DNA of 64,000 nt from Spartobacteria bacterium. GTDB lineage: Bacteria > Verrucomicrobiota > Verrucomicrobiia > Chthoniobacterales > UBA10450. Numbering within the stretch: position 1 is the stretch's first letter; each line of letters starts with the position of its first letter. Position numbers and translations under genes: made by a program. The notes beneath the pieces are model-generated. The model saw nothing but the letters and a program-made list of their open reading frames with translations. It had not been told where the DNA came from and did no database searches. Positions 47,587 through 55,406 of the stretch are shown here, in pieces. The stretch covers positions 1,350 through 65,349 of the forward strand of contig JBDTVP010000008.1 in the NCBI GenBank assembly GCA_040007175.1. Direction: 5' to 3'.

Positions 47587-48440
47587 CGAATCGCCGGGAG
47601 AAAGTCCGCGACCCGTGCCATCATCCGGACCCCCGGCGGGAGCGGCGGATACAAGAAGCGCAGCACCGCCTCGAAGCGCGCGCCCCAGGCCCGCTCACTG
47701 TGATCGCCCCCCACCACCTCGGTGTAATGCAGGTCGTCATCCAGACGCCAGCCCCGCTCGACCAACCGGTCGCGGAGCGCGCTCGCGCGTTCCCAGCCCG
47801 GTTCGTTCGTGCCGGTATCGAGCCAAATCTTGAGGGGCGGCTTTACCTCGACCGTGTCGAGCAGCCGGTAAATCAGGCAATCGTCCCACCAAATCGAAGG
47901 CGAGAGCACGGCGAGCCGATTAAAAGTCTCCGGGTAGCAAAGGCCGAGCGCCAGAGTGGCGAGCCCGCCTAACGAGGAACCGCCCAGTCCGGTGAACTCC
48001 GCTTCCGGTTGTGTCCGGTAGGTGCGGTCGATGAAAGGCTTGAGCTCGTCGCGCAGAAACCGGCCGTACTTGCGGAGCAAGCCGCGGCTCCGCTTTTTGC
48101 GCGGCGCGCTGCTGTCGATCACGCCACGGCTCGGCGCGTACTCGTGAATCCGGTCGTCGCCCATGTTCGGCACCGCCACGATGATGGTCGGCTCGATCAG
48201 CCGCTTCCTCGTCAGGCGCTCCGCCGTTTCGTCCGCGTTCCATTCCACCCCGCCGAAAGCCGTCGCGGCGTCGAAAACATTCTGGCCGTCGTGCAAATAG
48301 AGCACCGGGTAACGCCGCGTCCGCGCCCGCCGGTAACCGCGCGGGAGGTAAACCAGCACATCACGCCGGTTGTGCAGGATCCATGACTCGAAACCCGGAT
48401 GCTCCTGGATGTTGCCGGTTAAAGTATGATTTTCGTCCAT
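47583..48440 (-). CDS. Putative esterase (esterase D / enterochelin-esterase-like alpha/beta hydrolase)
   Basis: 'RRYPVLYLHDGQNVFD' and 'GGSSLGG' (nucleophile elbow). The ATG at 48440 is preferred over the TTG at 48479. The stop TAG overlaps the accA stop by 2 nt. Confidence 0.8.
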   Translation of the reverse strand: MDENHTLTGNIQEHPGFESWILHNRRDVLVYLPRGYRRARTRRYPVLYLHDGQNVFDAATAFGGVEWNADETAERLTRKRLIEPTIIVAVPNMGDDRIHEYAPSRGVIDSSAPRKKRSRGLLRKYGRFLRDELKPFIDRTYRTQPEAEFTGLGGSSLGGLATLALGLCYPETFNRLAVLSPSIWWDDCLIYRLLDTVEVKPPLKIWLDTGTNEPGWERASALRDRLVERGWRLDDDLHYTEVVGGDHSERAWGARFEAVLRFLYPPLPPGVRMMARVADFLPAIR

Positions 48441-48576
48441 CGGCGCGCCTTGTATCGGCGAAGGGAATCGTCCGTGCAAACACCGCAGGCCTCACAGAGA
48501 GTCGGAAATATTCTCAGCGCCAACCAGGCTCGCATTCCTTCCTCCTTCGTCACTGGTCATTAGTCATTCCCCTCTC

Positions 48577-49596
48577 CTACGTCAGTATGTAACGGCCGCT
48601 CTTTCTCGTCCCGATCCGCCGCACCAACCCCGCCTTGATCAGCGGACGAAGCAAATCGAGCGCGCCCTGTTTCGAAACTCCGACTCCATCCCAAATTTCG
48701 CGCGGCGTCATCGCCTTGTGCTCGCGTAACAAATGCAGCAATTGCTCTTGTTTCGGGCGCAGCACGAGTTTCGCTTTGCCGCCGTGCGCGGTCAGCTTTT
48801 GGATCCGGCTCCAGACGCGTTCCAGCGTCACGCGCAACCCCTCCGCGCTGTACTCGAGCCAGCTCGTCAGGTCGCCCTCCTCCTGCCGCACATTTTCCAG
48901 CGCCTCGTAGTAGCGGGTCCGGTCTTCCCAATAAAATTCGTCGATCGAGAAGATGTGATGATCGTCGAACCCGCGCCGGTACAATTCCCAAAGGCTGAGC
49001 ATGCGACCGGCACGCCCGTTGCCATCGGCGAATGGATGGATCGTTTCAAACTGATGATGCACGATGGCCGAGCTGAGGATCGGTGAAAGCTCACCCGCCT
49101 CCTTGTTCCACCACGCGAGCAGATCCGACATCATCGGCCGCACCCGTTCCGGTGGCGGCGCGACATATTTCCCCACCCGCACTCGGATCGTCCGATACTT
49201 GCCCGCTTCGCCTTGGTCCATCACCTGCCCGGCCATGATGCGATGCAGTTTCAGCACCTCGGCGTCGGTGATGGCAGCGCGACGCGCGTTCTTTTCGACA
49301 AAGCGAAGGCCTGCAAAATAGTTCGCCACTTCCCGGCGCGGCCGCGGCCCGGTCGCGGGAACTTCCCGCCCTTCCTCGATCGCACGCACCTGTTCGAGCG
49401 TCAGCGGGTTGCCTTCGATCGCGGTCGAGAAATGCGCGTTGCGAATTCGCGTGTCTTTCTGTAACGCCGGCACCCACGGCACCTGGACGGCCGCGGTCAG
49501 AATCCGCTCGCGCAAGGCAGCGACCTGCTCGACCTGCGAGAGGAGCAGCGGGGTGATGGTGTAGGTCGGATCGAAACTCACGGCCTTGTAAGTCAA
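48577..49596 (-). CDS. Fic-family protein (class II, N-terminal inhibitory helix) with C-terminal winged-helix domain
   Basis: Fic motif 'HPFADGNGRAGR'. The inhibitory motif (S/T)xxxE(G/N) is present as 'STAIEGN'. C-terminal 'LLHLLREHKAMTPREIWDGVGVSKQGALDLLRPLIKAGLV' is wHTH-like. The start is uncertain (TTG 49596 or GTG 49581). Confidence 0.9.
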   Translation of the reverse strand: MTYKAVSFDPTYTITPLLLSQVEQVAALRERILTAAVQVPWVPALQKDTRIRNAHFSTAIEGNPLTLEQVRAIEEGREVPATGPRPRREVANYFAGLRFVEKNARRAAITDAEVLKLHRIMAGQVMDQGEAGKYRTIRVRVGKYVAPPPERVRPMMSDLLAWWNKEAGELSPILSSAIVHHQFETIHPFADGNGRAGRMLSLWELYRRGFDDHHIFSIDEFYWEDRTRYYEALENVRQEEGDLTSWLEYSAEGLRVTLERVWSRIQKLTAHGGKAKLVLRPKQEQLLHLLREHKAMTPREIWDGVGVSKQGALDLLRPLIKAGLVRRIGTRKSGRYILT

Positions 49597-49685
49597 GCGT
49601 AAGTCAAGTTATTAGTCAAGCGATTCCGGGTTCCGTTTTGCCTCGATCAAACCACCGGACCACGATAAGTCCAGTGTAAGTCAAT
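49588..49685. promoter_or_regulatory. Five iteron-like copies of (G)TAAGTCAAG in the fic / ATP-grasp divergent intergenic region
   Basis: GTAAGTCAAG at 49588 and 49599 (11-bp spacing), TTAGTCAAG at 49612, ATAAGTCCAG at 49665 and GTAAGTCAAT at 49676. Read on the minus strand they contain TTGACT (-35-like) hexamers. Confidence 0.5.
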
Positions 49686-49785
49686 TTATTGGCCAAGCTG
49701 CTCCGGTAGCGGGCGGGGGCGGCTGGAGCCCGGGATTGCCTCTTCCCGCGCCCGATGCCACACTGTCGCCCGCCCATCTTATCCT

Positions 49786-50751
49786 ATGAAAAAAATCGGA
49801 ATTCTCTTCGGCCAGGAAAACAGTTTTCCCCCCGCGTTCGTGGAGCGCGTAAATCAAAAAACCGGCGGGCAAGGCATTATGGCCGAGCCGGTCCGGATCG
49901 ACAAAGTGATCCAGGGCGAACCGGTCGGTTACGACGTCGTGATCGATCGCATTTCGCAGGACGTCCCGTTCTATCGCGGCTGGCTCAAGAACGAAGCGCT
50001 GACCGGCTGCGCGGTCGTGAACAATCCGTTTTGGTGGAGCGCCGACGAGAAATTTTTCAATAACGCGCTCGCGACCAAGATCGGCGTGGCCGTTCCGAAA
50101 ACGGTCCTCCTGCCCTCGCACGATTTACCGACGGACACGAGCGACGGCTCCTTCCGCAACCTCGCTTACCCGCTCGATTGGGAGGCGATCTTCGCCTACA
50201 TCGGCTGGCCGGCTTATTTCAAACCGTTCGCCGGCGGCGGCTGGAAGAACGTCTACAAACTCAATAACCCGGAGGAATTTTTCCGCGCCTACGGCGAGAC
50301 CGGACAGCTCGTCATGATGTTGCAGGAGGAAGTGCAATTTCAGATGTACTTCCGCTGTTACTCGATCGATCAACGCCACGTGCGCGTGATGAACTACGAG
50401 CCGCGGCATCCGTATCATCTGCGCTACCAGACCGATTGGCAGGCGCCGCGCGAGCTTCTCGAGAAAGTTGAGGAAGGCGTCCTCGCCCTCAATCAATACC
50501 TCGGCTACGACCTGAACACGGTGGAATTCGCCATCCGCGATGGTGTCCCGCTGGCGATCGATTTCTGTAATCCCGCGCCTGATGCCGAAATCGCGTCGGT
50601 CGGTCAGGACAACTTCGATTGGGTCGTCGAGGCGGTCTCCGAAATGGCCATCCGCAAAGCGAAAGAACATGTGCCCGGGCGCGACAACCTGAGCTGGGGG
50701 AAATTTATTAAAGCCGCGGTTAACGGACGTTCGCTCAGCGATCTCGCCTAG
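49786..50751 (+). CDS. ATP-grasp domain protein (RimK/glutathione-synthetase-like ligase)
   Basis: 321 aa. 'KKIGILFGQEN' and the central 'WPAYFKPFAGGGWKNVYKL' resemble an ATP-grasp nucleotide-binding segment. The substrate is unknown. Confidence 0.65.
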   Translation: MKKIGILFGQENSFPPAFVERVNQKTGGQGIMAEPVRIDKVIQGEPVGYDVVIDRISQDVPFYRGWLKNEALTGCAVVNNPFWWSADEKFFNNALATKIGVAVPKTVLLPSHDLPTDTSDGSFRNLAYPLDWEAIFAYIGWPAYFKPFAGGGWKNVYKLNNPEEFFRAYGETGQLVMMLQEEVQFQMYFRCYSIDQRHVRVMNYEPRHPYHLRYQTDWQAPRELLEKVEEGVLALNQYLGYDLNTVEFAIRDGVPLAIDFCNPAPDAEIASVGQDNFDWVVEAVSEMAIRKAKEHVPGRDNLSWGKFIKAAVNGRSLSDLA

Positions 50752-50828
50752 CGAAACTCTGACTCCGGGGAGCGCCTCGACAAAATTTTTCGACCGCGCC
50801 ATCCACTTCGGCTTAACTTGCCCGACGC

Positions 50829-52082
50829 ATGAGCATCGAAGTCAAAATCCCGCCGGTCGGCGAATCCATTTCCAGCGGCGTTGTCTCCGTTTGGCACAAG
50901 AAAACCGGCGAATACGTCACGGCCGGGGAAGCTCTCCTCACGCTCGAGACCGACAAAGTTTCGACCGAAATCACCGCTGAAAAAGCCGGTCTCCTCGAAA
51001 CCAAAGTAGAGGAAGGTCAGGAAGTGAAAATCGGCGAGGTCGTGGCCGTGATCGACGACCAGGCCGCCGCCCCGACCGAAGGGAAACCAGCCGCCGCTCC
51101 AGCCGAGGCCAAATCAGCCGCCGAGAAGGAGCCCGCGCCTGCCGCGAAAAAAGAGGGCAAACGTTCCCCTAACGCCGAGGTCCTTTCCCCGGCGGTAAAA
51201 CGGATGACGACCGAAGAGAAACTCGACCCGGCCACGATCAGCGCGACCGGCAAAGGCGGCCGCCTAACGAAAGGCGACGTCATCTCGCATCTGCAAACAA
51301 AGCCGGAAATTTCCACCGACGACCAGGAGAAGTCGCGCAGTTCCAAGCCCACTCCCGCGCCCGCCGAACCGGTCGCAGAAGAAGGCCGCTTCACGCGCAA
51401 AAAAATGTCGCCGCTCCGGCGCAAGATCGCCGCCCAACTCGTCATGTCACAGCAGACCGCGGCCATCCTCACCACTTTTAACGAGTGCGACATGACTGAG
51501 GTGATGGCGTTCCGCAAAAAGGCGCAGGAAAAATTCCAGGCGGATCACGGGCTCAAGCTCGGATTCATGTCGTTCTTCATCAAAGCGACCGTCGAAGCGC
51601 TCAAGGCCGTCCCCGCGATCAATAGCCGGATCGAAGGCGACGATTTCATCACCAATCATTTCTTCGACGTCGGCGTCGCGGTCGGGACCGAGCGCGGCCT
51701 GGTCGTGCCGGTGGTGCGCGAGGCGGACCAAAAAAGTTTCGCCGATCTCGAGCGCGATATTGCGGAGTACGCGGCCAAGGCGCGCGACGGCAAGATCAAG
51801 ATCGAAGACTTGCAGGGCGGCACTTTCACGATTTCCAACGGCGGCGTTTACGGCTCGCTCCTCAGCACGCCGATCCTCAATCCGCCGCAGAGCGGCATCC
51901 TCGGCATGCACAGCATCCAGCAGCGCCCGATGGCGGTGGAAGGCAAAGTCGTCGTTAGGCCAATGATGTATCTGGCCTTGAGCTACGATCACCGCGCGGT
52001 CGACGGCAAGGAGGCGGTGACCTTCCTGATCAAGATCAAGGAAGCGATCGAGAATCCCACCGCGCTCCTGCTCGACCTCTAG
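50829..52082 (+). CDS. sucB: Dihydrolipoyllysine-residue succinyltransferase (E2 of a 2-oxoacid dehydrogenase complex, SucB-like)
   Basis: Lipoyl domain ('[10 protein letters not shown]'), E3-binding domain ('SPAVKRM...[11 protein letters not shown]') and catalytic 'DHRAVDG'. No adjacent E1 gene is in the window. Confidence 0.88.
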   Translation: MSIEVKIPPVGESISSGVVSVWHKKTGEYVTAGEALLTLETDKVSTEITAEKAGLLETKVEEGQEVKIGEVVAVIDDQAAAPTEGKPAAAPAEAKSAAEKEPAPAAKKEGKRSPNAEVLSPAVKRMTTEEKLDPATISATGKGGRLTKGDVISHLQTKPEISTDDQEKSRSSKPTPAPAEPVAEEGRFTRKKMSPLRRKIAAQLVMSQQTAAILTTFNECDMTEVMAFRKKAQEKFQADHGLKLGFMSFFIKATVEALKAVPAINSRIEGDDFITNHFFDVGVAVGTERGLVVPVVREADQKSFADLERDIAEYAAKARDGKIKIEDLQGGTFTISNGGVYGSLLSTPILNPPQSGILGMHSIQQRPMAVEGKVVVRPMMYLALSYDHRAVDGKEAVTFLIKIKEAIENPTALLLDL

Positions 52083-52128
52083 CGTCCTCCATCGTTCTCA
52101 ACGCGTTCGTTAGGCGCGCTTCCCTTGC

Positions 52129-52255
52129 TTGTCATCCCGAGCCGGCGCAGCGCGGCGAGGGATCTCACAGTTGAAATCCCGCGTTCTCTCGTCACCAGGC
52201 TGCACCGACTGCAATAGCGACACCCTCTCCGTCCTGCGGCGGATCGGGATGACAA
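52129..52255. repeat. REPIN-like element (two inverted ~40-nt REP arms, TTGTCATCCCGA termini) in the sucB-lpdA spacer
   Basis: The left arm is TTGTCATCCCGAGCCGGCGCAGCGCGGCGAGGGATCTCACAG. The right arm ends ...CCCTCTCCGTCCTGCGGCGGATCGGGATGACAA. Total length is 127 bp. Confidence 0.8.
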
Positions 52256-52311
52256 GGAGGAACGGCGCGCGTAAATAATAGCCCGCCCAGAGACAGCCTT
52301 TCACAACCACC

Positions 52312-53718
52312 ATGGACAAATTCGACGTCATCATCATCGGCTCCGGCCCGGGCGGCTACGTCGCCGCCATCCGCGCGGCGCAGCTCGGACTCAAAACCGC
52401 CATCATCGAAAAAGACCCTGAGCTGGGCGGCACCTGCCTCAACGTCGGCTGCATCCCGAGCAAAGCGCTCCTCGCCTCGAGCGACCATTTCCTCTTTGCG
52501 AAAAAAGAAGCCGCCCAGCATGGCATCGTCCTCGACAAGGTGAGCCTCGACCTCGCGACCATGCTCGGCCGCAAAGACAAAGTCGTGAAAACGCTCACCG
52601 GCGGCGTCCGCGCCTTAATGAAAGGCAACAAAGTCACCACTTTCGCCGGCCTCGGCACCATCACCGCGCCCGGCAAAGTGAGCGTCCAGCCTAACGAAGG
52701 CGCCACGACCGAGATCGCGGCCGACCACATCGTCATCGCAACCGGCAGCGTGCCGGTCAACCTCCCGAGCATGCCTTTCGACGGCGACATCATCGTCAGC
52801 AGCACCGAGGCGCTTTGCTTCCAGAAACCGCCCGAGAAATTTCTCGTCATCGGTGCGGGCGCGATCGGGCTCGAGCTCGGCTCAGTCTGGAATCGCCTCG
52901 GCTCCGAGGTCACCGTGGTGGAATTTCTCCCGCGCATCGCGGTCGGGTTCGACCTCGAAGTCGCCAATCTCCTCCAGCGCGCCCTGACCGCGCAGGGCAT
53001 GAAGTTTCATCTCGAAACCAAGGTCGGCGCGGTCAAAGTCGTCAACGGCCGCGCCCTCGCCACCGCCACGAAGGGTGGCGAAGAACTGAATTTCGAGGCC
53101 GATAAAGTCCTCGTCTCTGTCGGTCGCCGCGCTTTTGCCGAAGGTGTCGGCGCGGACAAAATCGGCGTCGCCCTCGATGACCGCGGCCGGATCAAAGTGG
53201 ACGCGAAGTTCCAGACCAACGTCCCGGGCATTTACGCGATCGGCGACGTGATCCCCGGCCCGATGCTCGCGCACAAAGCCGAAGAGGAAGGCATCGCCTG
53301 CGTCGAGCTGATTGCCGGCAAAGCGGGGCACGTGAATTACGACGTCATCCCCGGCATCATCTACACCAACCCGGAGCTGGCCGGCGTCGGGATCACCGAA
53401 GATTTCGCCAAAGAAAAAGGCCTGAAAGTGCGCATCGGCAAATTTCCTTTCCGCGCCAACGGCCGCGCCCTGGCCAACGCCGATGCCGAAGGCTTGGTGA
53501 AATTCATCGCCGACGCCGAAACCGATCGCATTCTCGGCGCCTCCATTCTTTCGCACGCCGCCTCCGAATTGATCGCGGAGATCGTCGCGGTAATGGAATT
53601 CGGCGGGAGCAGCGAAGACCTCGGCCGGACCGTGCATGCGCACCCGACCTTGAGCGAAGCGGTCAAGGAAGCAGCGCTCGCGGTCGACAAGCACGCCATC
53701 CACATCGGCAACCGCTAA
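52312..53718 (+). CDS. lpdA: Dihydrolipoyl dehydrogenase (E3)
   Basis: '[17 protein letters not shown]' FAD motif, redox-active '[16 protein letters not shown]' and C-terminal 'HAHPTLSE'. Confidence 0.96.
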   Translation: MDKFDVIIIGSGPGGYVAAIRAAQLGLKTAIIEKDPELGGTCLNVGCIPSKALLASSDHFLFAKKEAAQHGIVLDKVSLDLATMLGRKDKVVKTLTGGVRALMKGNKVTTFAGLGTITAPGKVSVQPNEGATTEIAADHIVIATGSVPVNLPSMPFDGDIIVSSTEALCFQKPPEKFLVIGAGAIGLELGSVWNRLGSEVTVVEFLPRIAVGFDLEVANLLQRALTAQGMKFHLETKVGAVKVVNGRALATATKGGEELNFEADKVLVSVGRRAFAEGVGADKIGVALDDRGRIKVDAKFQTNVPGIYAIGDVIPGPMLAHKAEEEGIACVELIAGKAGHVNYDVIPGIIYTNPELAGVGITEDFAKEKGLKVRIGKFPFRANGRALANADAEGLVKFIADAETDRILGASILSHAASELIAEIVAVMEFGGSSEDLGRTVHAHPTLSEAVKEAALAVDKHAIHIGNR

Positions 53719-53730
53719 CGAATTGGAAGT

Positions 53731-54009
53731 ATGCCCGACGACGACGCGAAGAAACTCTCCGGCGCGGAAGAATACGTCGCGGCGGAGATCGAACTGACCG
53801 ACCCGCTCGACCCCGCACAGGAGAAAAATTTGCGCGATGCCCTCGCCCAGACCGATCCGCAGGCGCTCGATTCCTGCGACATCGGCCCGAAAAAAATCTC
53901 GCTCTGCTACGACCCGACGCGAACCTCCAAGGAAGAGCTTCTCCGCCTGATCAAGCAAGCCGGCGGCCAGCTTGGGCACGTCGAGAGCGAAAGCTCACCA
54001 CTGATCTAA
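53731..54009 (+). CDS. Small acidic hypothetical protein
   Basis: 92-aa ORF 12 nt downstream of lpdA. It has no recognisable motif, and its coding status is supported only by position and length. Confidence 0.4.
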   Translation: MPDDDAKKLSGAEEYVAAEIELTDPLDPAQEKNLRDALAQTDPQALDSCDIGPKKISLCYDPTRTSKEELLRLIKQAGGQLGHVESESSPLI

Positions 54010-54037
54010 AGTTTTTCCGGAACTTGGAAAATGTGGG

Positions 54038-54099
54038 AGGGGCCTTTGTGCCCCGCTTCTGCGAGCGTCGCGCTATCCCCTCGGGGCGCAAAGGCCCCT
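54038..54099. terminator. Long imperfect inverted repeat (18-nt arms, 26-nt loop) between convergent genes
   Basis: AGGGGCCTTTGTGCCCCG ... CGGGGCGCAAAGGCCCCT (17/18 complementary). It lies between the 53731-54009 ORF (+) and the MidA-like gene (-). Confidence 0.5.
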
Positions 54100-54105
54100 T
54101 TCACC

Positions 54106-55257
54106 TTAGGCCAGGCCGAGCGTGGCGCGGCTCGGGCGCGCGAACTTGAAACCGCCTAACGAATCGCCGGTTGCGAAATTTTTTGTCAGACCGAGGAACT
54201 GGAATTTTGCGCCCAGGAACTCCGGGTGAATCAGGGTCTGCAAGGCGCGGCTTTTTTCCGCGCCGGCGGAGGCGAGCGCGGGATGGGTCGAAAGCAATCC
54301 GGTGAGAAAATGATGCTGATCGGTAAAGCCCGCGAGCTCCAAGCCGCATTCTTCGGCCTCTTCCACCAGACTGGTCCACTCCACGTGGGTGGTGATGTCA
54401 CTTTGACCGACACGTTCCAGGAGCGAGGGCAGGACGCGATGTTCGGCGTAGCACTGCAGCGTCCCGGTGCGCCGGCTCGGCGCGTAAAATTCCTCCCTCG
54501 TTAGGCCGTAGTCGGCGATCAGCACCATCCCGCGTTGGAGTTTGGGCGCGAGCGTTTCGATCCAGTCGAGCGCGGCGAGATTGATCTCGGTTTCGTATCC
54601 GCCCGGCGGGGTCGCGGGTAGTTTCGCGAGGCGCGCTTTGACCCGCGGATCGGCGACCGGCCGATCGACAAAGGTAAAACCGCAGGAGGTGCGCTCCACC
54701 AGGCGTTCCTGCCAGCGGCGCTCCTCGCCTGCGCCGTTTTTGACGAGGAGGTGCACCGGCATGGCATCGAGTAGTTCGTTGGAAAAATGCACGCCGCAAA
54801 ACGGCTCCATCGCTTCCAGCGACTCGACCCATTCCGTGCGCGCGACAAATTGCCGCAGCACGCCCTGCTGACGCTGCCGCAGAATCGCGAACGGCTCGAC
54901 GATCCGGTAGCGCACGAGCGCAAAGAGGTCCGGGTGTTGCGCCCGCAAAGCCTCCAGAACGTCGGTCGCGAATTCCCCGTGATGTGCGCCCTGCTCGACG
55001 ATCACGAAATCGTTAGGCCGATTCAGCTTTTCCCAGATCTCCGCGAACTGCCCGGCCATCAATTTCCCGAAGAGCGGCCCCACGCTCACACTCGTGAAAT
55101 AATCGCCCCGCCGCCCGATCGCGCACCGGCCCGAGCTGTAATACCCGTGCGCGGGATGATAAAGCGCCTGCTCCATGAACCACGCGAACGGCACCGGCCC
55201 TCGGGCGCGAATCCCCGCCCGGATCTCTGAGATGAGTTCGAAATTCCCTTCTTCCAC
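54106..55257 (-). CDS. MidA/NDUFAF7-family (DUF185) SAM-dependent methyltransferase
   Basis: 'PFAWFMEQALYHPAHGYYS' and 'IVEQGAHHGEFA' are typical of MidA-type protein arginine methyltransferases. Confidence 0.85.
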   Translation of the reverse strand: MEEGNFELISEIRAGIRARGPVPFAWFMEQALYHPAHGYYSSGRCAIGRRGDYFTSVSVGPLFGKLMAGQFAEIWEKLNRPNDFVIVEQGAHHGEFATDVLEALRAQHPDLFALVRYRIVEPFAILRQRQQGVLRQFVARTEWVESLEAMEPFCGVHFSNELLDAMPVHLLVKNGAGEERRWQERLVERTSCGFTFVDRPVADPRVKARLAKLPATPPGGYETEINLAALDWIETLAPKLQRGMVLIADYGLTREEFYAPSRRTGTLQCYAEHRVLPSLLERVGQSDITTHVEWTSLVEEAEECGLELAGFTDQHHFLTGLLSTHPALASAGAEKSRALQTLIHPEFLGAKFQFLGLTKNFATGDSLGGFKFARPSRATLGLA

Positions 55258-55406
55258 CTTCGAAAAATTGCTGCAGGCCGCGCCCTTCTGCGCACCGCCG
55301 CTCTTCAGCCTGATCTTACCTTACCACTCGAATTTGGCATTTGCAGAGGTTTGCCGCTAAGTTGCGCGCTATCTCGATTTTCCCGGGTAATCGCCCGCTT
55401 CGCCGC

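Noticed and set aside
49588-49685. CRISPR array or tandem-repeat locus
   Set aside because: The repeats are only 10 nt long, degenerate, and spaced 1-45 nt apart without spacer-like unique units. No cas genes are present and no CRISPR-like structure occurs anywhere in the window.
48577-50751. Fic plus the divergent ATP-grasp gene as a toxin-antitoxin or defence pair
   Set aside because: The Fic protein carries its own intramolecular inhibitory motif (class II), so it needs no antitoxin. The ATP-grasp protein is large and divergently transcribed. I know of no family precedent.
52882-53979. 365-aa ORF antisense to lpdA. Similar long antisense ORFs occur at 19276-20124, 21493-22497, 23596-24630, 39930-40838, 50125-50802 and 60802-61647.
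   Set aside because: Each lies opposite a confidently identified gene. High GC3 suppresses stop codons on the antisense strand, and no domain signatures were seen.
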